DNA of 35,084 nucleotides, taken from positions 20,145,351 to 20,180,434 of the forward strand of contig NC_068995.1 in assembly GCF_001194135.2 (NCBI RefSeq). The letters are read 5' to 3'. Below the pieces are notes generated by a model, which worked only from the letters and a program-made list of their open reading frames with translations, made no database searches and had not been told where the DNA came from. This DNA is from Octopus bimaculoides. Its lineage: Eukaryota. Of the stretch, positions 32,399 to 35,084 are shown piece after piece. Position 1 is the first letter of the stretch. The number at the start of each line of letters is the position of its first letter. The position numbers and the translations under genes were made by a program.

Positions 32399-33285
32399 NN
32401 NNNNNNNNNNNNNNNNNNNNNNNNNNNNNNNNNNNNNNNNNNNNNNNNNNNNNNNNNNNNNNNNNNNNNNNNNNNNNNNNNNNNNNNNNNNNNNNNNNNN
32501 NNNNNNNNNNNNNNNNNNNNNNNNNNNNNNNNNNNNNNNNNNNNNNNNNNNNNNNNNNNNNNNNNNNNNNNNNNNNNNNNNNNNNNNNNNNNNNNNNNNN
32601 NNNNNNNNNNNNNNNNNNNNNNNNNNNNNNNNNNNNNNNNNNNNNNNNNNNNNNNNNNNNNNNNNNNNNNNNNNNNNNNNNNNNNNNNNNNNNNNNNNNN
32701 NNNNNNNNNNNNNNNNNNNNNNNNNNNNNNNNNNNNNNNNNNNATATACATATATATATATATGTATATGTATGTATGTATGTATATATATATATATATA
32801 GATAGATATAGATATAGATATATAGATATGCGTGTGTGTGTATGTGTGTGTGTGCACACATACATACATATACAAACGTGTGCATGGAGGTATATATATG
32901 TAGATGTGTGTATATTAATACTTATATATGTATGCGTGTGTGTCTGTACACACACACTCAAATCCGTCTGGGAAGCATGGCTGTGTTTTTACACCTATGT
33001 CCATCTGCTATCTGAATGTATGAATGCTTTTGCACTTATGTGCATGTGCGTGTATGTGAATAGATCGCCAAGTCTTCTAATTCAGCAAAGCCAATCAACG
33101 AACACACGTACACACAATAACTTGTAATGATGCAGACGACCAACACCAACTAGCTGCATTAAAGCTACCAACCGAAGAGAACGAGATCACAATGAGGCGG
33201 CTACTATAGGTGATTGATAATATACTATGTGTATAGACAGCAGATAGATGGATAGATAGATAGATAGATAGACAGATAGACAGAC

Positions 33286-33323
<38 letters not shown>

Positions 33324-34544
33324 GTATACATATACACAAATACTTACCTACATACATAAATATATATATACACACACACACATATATAAATAGAGAGAGA
33401 GAGACAGCTATCTACGTCTTTACCAATCTTTCTATCAATGTAACTATATATAAATCCGTGTGTACGTGTGTGTGTGTTTACACACACACACGTCTATCTA
33501 TCTATCTATCTATCTATCTATTTATTTATATATATATATAAGTGTGTGTGTGTGTATANNNNNNNNNNNNNNNNNNNNNNNNNNNNNNNNNNNNNNNNNN
33601 NNNNNNNNNNNNNNNNNNNNNNNNNNNNNNNNNNNNNNNNNNNNNNNNNNNNNNNNNNNNNNNNNNNNNNNNNNNNNNNNNNNNNNNNNNNNNNNNNNNN
33701 NNNNNNNNNNNNNNNNNNNNNNNNNNNNNNNNNNNNNNNNNNNNNNNNNNNNNNNNNNNNNNNNNNNNNNNNNNNNNNNNNNNNNNNNNNNNNNNNNNNN
33801 NNNNNNNNNNNNNNNNNNNNNNNNNNNNNNNNNNNNNNNNNNNNNNNNNNNNNNNNNNNNNNNNNNNNNNNNNNNNNNNNNNNNNNNNNNNNNNNNNNNN
33901 NNNNNNNNNNNNNNNNNNNNNNNNNNNNNNNNNNNNNNNNNNNNNNNNNNNNNNNNNNNNNNNNNNNNNNNNNNNNNNNNNNNNNNNNNNNNNNNNNNNN
34001 NNNNNNNNNNNNNNNNNNNNNNNNNNNNNNNNNNNNNNNNNNNNNNNNNNNNNNNNNNNNNNNNNNNNNNNNNNNNNNNNNNNNNNNNNNNNNNNNNNNN
34101 NNNNNNNNNNNNNNNNNNNNNNNNNNNNNNNNNNNNNNNNNNNNNNNNNNNNNNNNNNNNNNNNNNNNNNNNNNNNNNNNNNNNNNNNNNNNNNNNNNNN
34201 NNNNNNNNNNNNNNNNNNNNNNNNNNNNNNNNNNNNCACGAGTATATATATATATACATATATATACATTTTTTTGTATACATTCAGTCGAAGGTACAGA
34301 GTAGCTCAAAGAGCGAGAGTTTCGTGTGTTACACAACGACTCAGTGGAAGAGCGTTGCATTCGTTGGTAGCAATCGAAGTCCCAACGAACGAACCTTTCA
34401 GGATTTGAGTCACTCCGCAACCTCCACTGATTACTAATAAAAAAAAATGTGTGTGTGTGGGGGGGGGGCGTGAGCGCGTGTGTATTTGTCTCATGCCTAC
34501 TGGTGTTGCATTGTATGCATCCCCGTACCTTTCTAGGTTCTCAA

Positions 34545-34675
34545 AAAGTAGCCGATAAAATAAGAACCGATTCTACCAGCAATAGGTCCTGGCGTCCATT
34601 TGTTCAACCAAAAGTCATCAAGGCAGATCCCCAGCATCACCGTAGTCCAGTGACTGAAACAATTACAAGATGAAA
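34545..34675 (+). mobile_element. SINE family B 3' fragment, diverged
   Basis: GTCCTGGCGTCCATTTGTTCAAC...AAGGCAGATCCCCAGCATCACCGTAGTCCAGTGACTGAAACAA. Confidence 0.6.
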
Positions 34676-35012
34676 GCTACATGTGTGTGTGTGTATGTAT
34701 GTGTGTGTTTGTGTGTGTGTATGTGTGTGTATGTGATTGTGTGTGTGACTGTATATATGTGAATGTGTATGTGTATATGTGTATGTATATATGTGTATGT
34801 ATATATGTGAATCTAAATATTCGTATATATATATATTGGCACACCTATAAATGTATACATACACCCACATATACATACATTTATCTGTCTTTCTACACAC
34901 AAACACGCACACACACACACACAGATGTAACTTTGTATGAGTTGCGCATGGTACATATATTTATGTATTTATGAAAATGTAAGTCTCTGTGCTTGTATGT
35001 ATATATATATAT

Positions 35013-35044
<32 letters not shown>

Positions 35045-35084
35045 CTGTATGTATTTATCTGTCTATTTATCTATCTATTTATCT

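Noticed and set aside
1093-34974. Dozens of ORFs made of YI, CV, HT, LS or MYVC repeats, or spanning X runs
   Set aside because: They are translations of microsatellites and N gaps, not genes.

Overview
AT-rich, microsatellite-dense animal genomic DNA from a gapped draft assembly (many N runs, most flanked by simple repeats). The SINE families and repeat landscape suggest a coleoid cephalopod, probably Octopus; this is an inference from recalled repeat sequences, not a database result. No complete protein-coding gene is visible, and nearly all listed ORFs are microsatellite or N-gap artefacts. Supportable content: (i) about 25 copies or fragments of at least three tRNA-derived SINE families; (ii) a decayed but full-length mariner DNA transposon (19588-21239) with TIRs, TA flanks and a nested SINE; (iii) a Tc1/mariner 3' fragment; (iv) out-of-order R4/Dong-type non-LTR retrotransposon fragments among (TAA)n arrays; (v) RTE-like and APE-endonuclease LINE remnants; (vi) a Helitron-like 3' end; (vii) three weak minus-strand exon candidates. 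The most notable signal is a set of hammerhead ribozyme motifs. A tandem ~323-nt repeat (30049-30655) carries a type I hammerhead in each unit, the architecture of a retrozyme. A tRNA-headed, SINE-like element (27013-27295) ends in a Penelope-type hammerhead, and a 64-bp inverted copy of its tail starts at the predicted cleavage site. Several degenerate hammerhead remnants occur elsewhere. Coordinates of decayed repeats are approximate.
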